Below, one piece after another: positions 37,059-40,920 of a stretch of DNA of 40,920 nucleotides; the first letter of the stretch is position 1; each line of letters starts with the position of its first letter. Made by a program: the position numbers and the translations under genes. A model generated the notes under the pieces. The model had not been told where the DNA came from, searched no databases, and saw nothing but the letters and a program-made list of their open reading frames with translations. The stretch is from Welwitschia mirabilis (lineage: Eukaryota): NCBI GenBank assembly GCA_051453625.1, contig JBOZIK010000001.1, forward strand, positions 39,511,186 to 39,552,105, written 5' to 3'.

Positions 37059-37970
37059 TTTTCTGTGAGATTNNNNNNNNNNNNNNNNNNNNNNNNNNNN
37101 NNNNNNNNNNNNNNNNNNNNNNNNNNNNNNNNNNNNNNNNNNNNNNNNNNNNNNNNNNNNNNNNNNNNNNNNNNNNNNNNNNNNNNNNNNNNNNNNNNNN
37201 NNNNNNNNNNNNNNNNNNNNNNNNNNNNNNNNNNNNNNNNNNNNNNNNNNNNNNNNNNNNNNNNNNNNNNNNNNNNNNNNNNNNNNNNNNNNNNNNNNNN
37301 NNNNNNNNNNNNNNNNNNNNNNNNNNNNNNNNNNNNNNNNNNNNNNNNNNNNNNNNNNNNNNNNNNNNNNNNNNNNNNNNNNNNNNNNNNNNNNNNNNNN
37401 NNNNNNNNNNNNNNNNNNNNNNNNNNNNNNNNNNNNNNNNNNNNNNNNNNNNNNNNNNNNNNNNNNNNNNNNNNNNNNNNNNNNNNNNNNNNNNNNNNNN
37501 NNNNNNNNNNNNNNNNNNNNNNNNNNNNNNNNNNNNNNNNNNNNNNNNNNNNNNNNNNNNNNNNNNNNNNNNNNNNNNNNNNNNNNNNNNNNNNNNNNNN
37601 NNNNNNNNNNNNNNNNNNNNNNNNNNNNNNNNNNNNNNNNNNNNNNNNNNNNNNNNNNNNNNNNNNNNNNNNNNNNNNNNNNNNNNNNNNNNNNNNNNNN
37701 NNNNNNNNNNNNNNNNNNNNNNNNNNNNNNNNNNNNNNNNNNNNNNNNNNNNNNNNNNNNNNNNNNNNNNNNNNNNNNNNNNNNNNNNNNNNNNNNNNNN
37801 NNNNNNNNNNNNNNNNNNNNNNNNNNNNNNNNNNNNNNNNNNNNNNNNNNNNNNNNNNNNNNNNNNNNNNNNNNNNNNNNNNNNNNNNNNNNNNNNNNNN
37901 NNNNNNNNNNNNNNNNNNNNNNNNNNNNNNNNNNNNNNNNNNNNNNNNNNNNNNNNNNNNNNNNNNNNNN

Positions 37971-38041
<71 letters not shown>

Positions 38042-38053
38042 TTTTCTGTGAGA
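36990..38053. repeat. (TC)n microsatellite on both sides of an N-gap
   Basis: TC runs at ~37004-37048 and 37971-38030, each followed by the same TTTCTCTCTCTTTTTCTGTGAGATT. Confidence 0.95.
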
Positions 38054-38699
38054 TTACCTAAGAAAAGGTTCTTTATGCTCTCTGTTGTACATATAGATAG
38101 CAAGTAATAGAATAATAATAAAGGAAAAGAACTATTTCTATTAGTATCTCTCTAAAAACATCACTGTCTCTTGAAACGCAGAGGAGAGAAATATAAAAAT
38201 AGGTCTCTCCTAGCTAAGAAGGAGGGAGGACTATTACACTTCAAAAATAGAAAACTGAAAATAATTCTTTACGATAATTGATGAGAAAGCATTACAATTG
38301 CCAAAAGATGTGCAATTGATAGAATATCCTTTTATTATCTTCATAAGTATTCCTTGCAGAGAAGGTGAAATTATTAGCTAGCTAGGAGTTTCGAAGAGTG
38401 ATGAAGGCAAGATCACTCTCCAGTATATGAGGAAGGAAGCTCTATTTTTATAGATAACTTTTACAATACTAAAGGATAATGAGGAAATAGAGGGAAAACC
38501 TAGAGAGGGTTTCTTAGATGCAAACCCCTTGAAATGGAAGAAAAAGGGAAAGACTACCTCTTAGATGGAAGGCAGATAAATTGGGAGTATCATGGAAGAA
38601 AGGGAAGGGAAATTATGATGGTGGAACCTAGATAACATCTTCTCATTATCTAGTGTTCCTTTTCATTCTTGAATAAGCTATGATTTCATCATTGAAGTA

Positions 38700-39720
38700 G
38701 AGATTCAAAGATTGACAGGTAATTACAAAAAGATTAACAGATAGTTAGCTAGTCCCTGATGGTACTAGAGAGGCTCATTCCACCAGAATAGTGGTAATCT
38801 AATTAGGAACTAGACTAGTATTTACTCCTTGATATAATGTCATGGGTAGGCTCCCTTAGTTATGGTGTACCTAAATGGTTTGATGTAATCTTGAGACTAT
38901 TTCAAAGTTGAAGCAATGATGTGGACTAAATGATCATGTCCTCAGTAAAGGAAGCTAGGTAAAGAGTTGAAGAAGAATTTCCTTCTCTAAAGAACGACAT
39001 CTTTGAGAGTGAAGTAGCTTGGAGAGAACACTGACAAAACACATGGTATGTAAGACACAAGAGGAAACTGAAATTTTCAAGGATGAGACTAGAACACAAG
39101 GCTAAATAAAGGTTGAGGGGAGGAGTATGGGAATTCCATGTCCAAGGCATAAAATTTGGATACTAAGGATGTGGATGAAGTGGTAGGATAACTTTTAAGG
39201 TTATGGGTAGGCCCATCATCTAATGATGAAGATCCAACTTGAAGATTCTAGGCTATCATCATCTTATTTCTCTTGTTGCAAGTTGCTAATGCTGGCATTT
39301 GACTAAATTAAGCTGGAAAAGGAATTTAGGATAGAAGAATTTCATGCCTAAGATATGGAGTCCAACTAGATTCCACATTTAAGGCATGAAATTGAAGTGA
39401 ATTAGGGGAAATAAGGAGACAAGGGGAATGGATGGAGAGAAAATGGAGAAAGAGGGAGTGAAAGAAAAGAATAAAGGGGAATGAAAAAGAATAAGACTAG
39501 GAAGGGATCCTAGGAGGAGGAGGTAACTTGAAGATGTCTTCTTATGGGATCAAAAGACTAAAGACCCTGACTGAAGGTAAAGCATAGAATCAAATGTGCT
39601 AGAGTTGTTGCTGAACTCTAAGTCTAATTCTTGAAGTTGCATTGGGACCTAAAGCTAGACAAGAAAGCAAGATCTGGATTAGATTCCATGCCCAAGGCAT
39701 GTTATTGCCTAGATTCTAGG
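38700..39720 (-). pseudogene. Possible very old LINE ORF2 remnant (RT end and downstream region)
   Basis: Ordered minus-strand fragments FTFSQGL, PYL(G)M, GLPITLKVIL, ALCS..ENFSF, EGNSS and QGVNTSL resemble F..SGL, YLG, GR.TLIKSVL, VC.PK.EGGLG, E.NSLW and GNG..T.FW. Confidence 0.35.
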
Positions 39721-39894
39721 GTGTGGAATATAGTGGATGAGATGGGTTTAAGGGGAAGGGGAAGGAATAAAAGAGAAGGAAAGAAAGAGGAATATAGAAG
39801 GAAAGAAAGGATAAGGGGATAGAAAAGAGAGAAGAGGGAGCTAGCTGGAAGAGAAGGCTGACAAAGTTAAAAATGGATCTCCTTAGATGTCTAA

Positions 39895-40185
39895 CAGAGA
39901 TCTTATCAAAGGGATCCCTTAGAGAAATCATATCATCATGTGCCATGCCAATAGTGTTGGCAACCAAAAAGAATGAAAAGGGCAAGGTGTGTGAATTGAG
40001 TATATGCACAGATACAAGGGCTATGAATAAGATCACAAAACACTATAGATTTCCAATGCCCTAGGTCTATGATCTCATGGATTACCTAATTATTACTTTA
40101 GCAAAATTAATTTAAAGAGTGAATACTATGAGATCTAGATCAAATAAGGGGATGAGTGGAAAACTGCCTTCAAACTCTAGATGGT
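39895..40185 (+). pseudogene. Ty3/gypsy (CRM-like) RT N-terminal remnant
   Basis: KGSLREIISSCAMPIVLATKK, ICTDTRAMNKITKHYRFPMP, FSKINLKSEYY and GDEWKTAFK. Confidence 0.88.
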
Positions 40186-40189
40186 TTTT

Positions 40190-40920
40190 TTGAAGAGGCA
40201 CTTGTATTTGCACCTATTTTGAAAATGGCAGAATCGAAAAAAATATATACAGTTTATACAAATGCTTTTGGGGAAGGATTAGGAGCAGTGTTAATGCAGG
40301 AAGGAAGATTTATTGCTTATGCATAAAGACAATTAAAGAATCATAAAAAGAACTATCCTGTACATGACTTAGAACTAGCCACTATGATTCATGAACTTAA
40401 AATTTGGAGGCACTACTTGTATGGAGAAAGAGTTGAAATTTGAGTCAATCACACTCAACTCAACCTAAACCTAAGGTAGAGGAGATGGGTAAAATTCCTA
40501 CAGAATTTTGATTTAACCATAAACTACCCTCAAGGAAAGACCAATGTTGTAGCTAATGCATTAAGTAAAAGGAGACATTTCATTAATTACATGAGTTTAT
40601 GAAAGGATTTATTCAAAGTGATTTATGACTTGTAGCAAGATTATCCTCTTTGTAAAAAGGTAAAGAAAGAAGGGATTGAAGGATTTACAGTCTCAACTAA
40701 TGAATTTGTTACTTATTTAGGGAGAGTTATAGTACCAAATGAGGAACAAGTAAAGAAAATCATTTTCCAGAAGTTTCATGATACACGATATGCCATCCAT
40801 ACATGAGTTAACAAGATGTACAAGGATATCAAGTAATATTTCTGGTGGTCAAGGATGAAGTCTGAGATTGTGAATTATGTGATAAAATGCATGACTTACC
40901 AATTAGTCAAGGCTAAACAT
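40190..40920 (+). pseudogene. Ty3/gypsy (Tekay/Del-like) RNase H and integrase zinc-finger remnant
   Basis: [78 protein letters not shown] and VKAKH. Confidence 0.92.

Noticed and set aside
36895..38107. Long ER/SL-repeat ORFs
   Set aside because: Translation of the (TC)n microsatellite plus Ns.

Overview
Plant nuclear genomic DNA from a draft assembly with six N-gaps, consisting almost entirely of decayed, nested retrotransposons. There is one host gene segment: four intact GT-AG-bounded 3' exons (11406-12013, +) of a conserved plant NTF2/SnoaL-like protein. Its 5' exons are not in the window, so positions 1-11405 probably lie in one very large TE-filled intron. The main structure is a Ty1/copia Sirevirus element A (14428-36678, minus strand, TSD GGAAC/GGAAT). 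A second Sirevirus family, B (18257-31276, perfect CTCTT TSD), is inserted in A's RT. B holds two tandem internal domains between one outer LTR pair, and the second has two microhomology-bounded deletions. A further A-family element (997-5018, +) is cut at its YVDD motif by the CpG-rich end of a probable hAT transposon. Degenerate Gypsy (CRM-like and Tekay-like), copia integrase and LINE remnants fill most of the rest. I found no evidence for a new biological system. The interest lies in the TE architecture and in the gene missed by the ORF track. Family assignments come from motif recognition by eye, not database searches.
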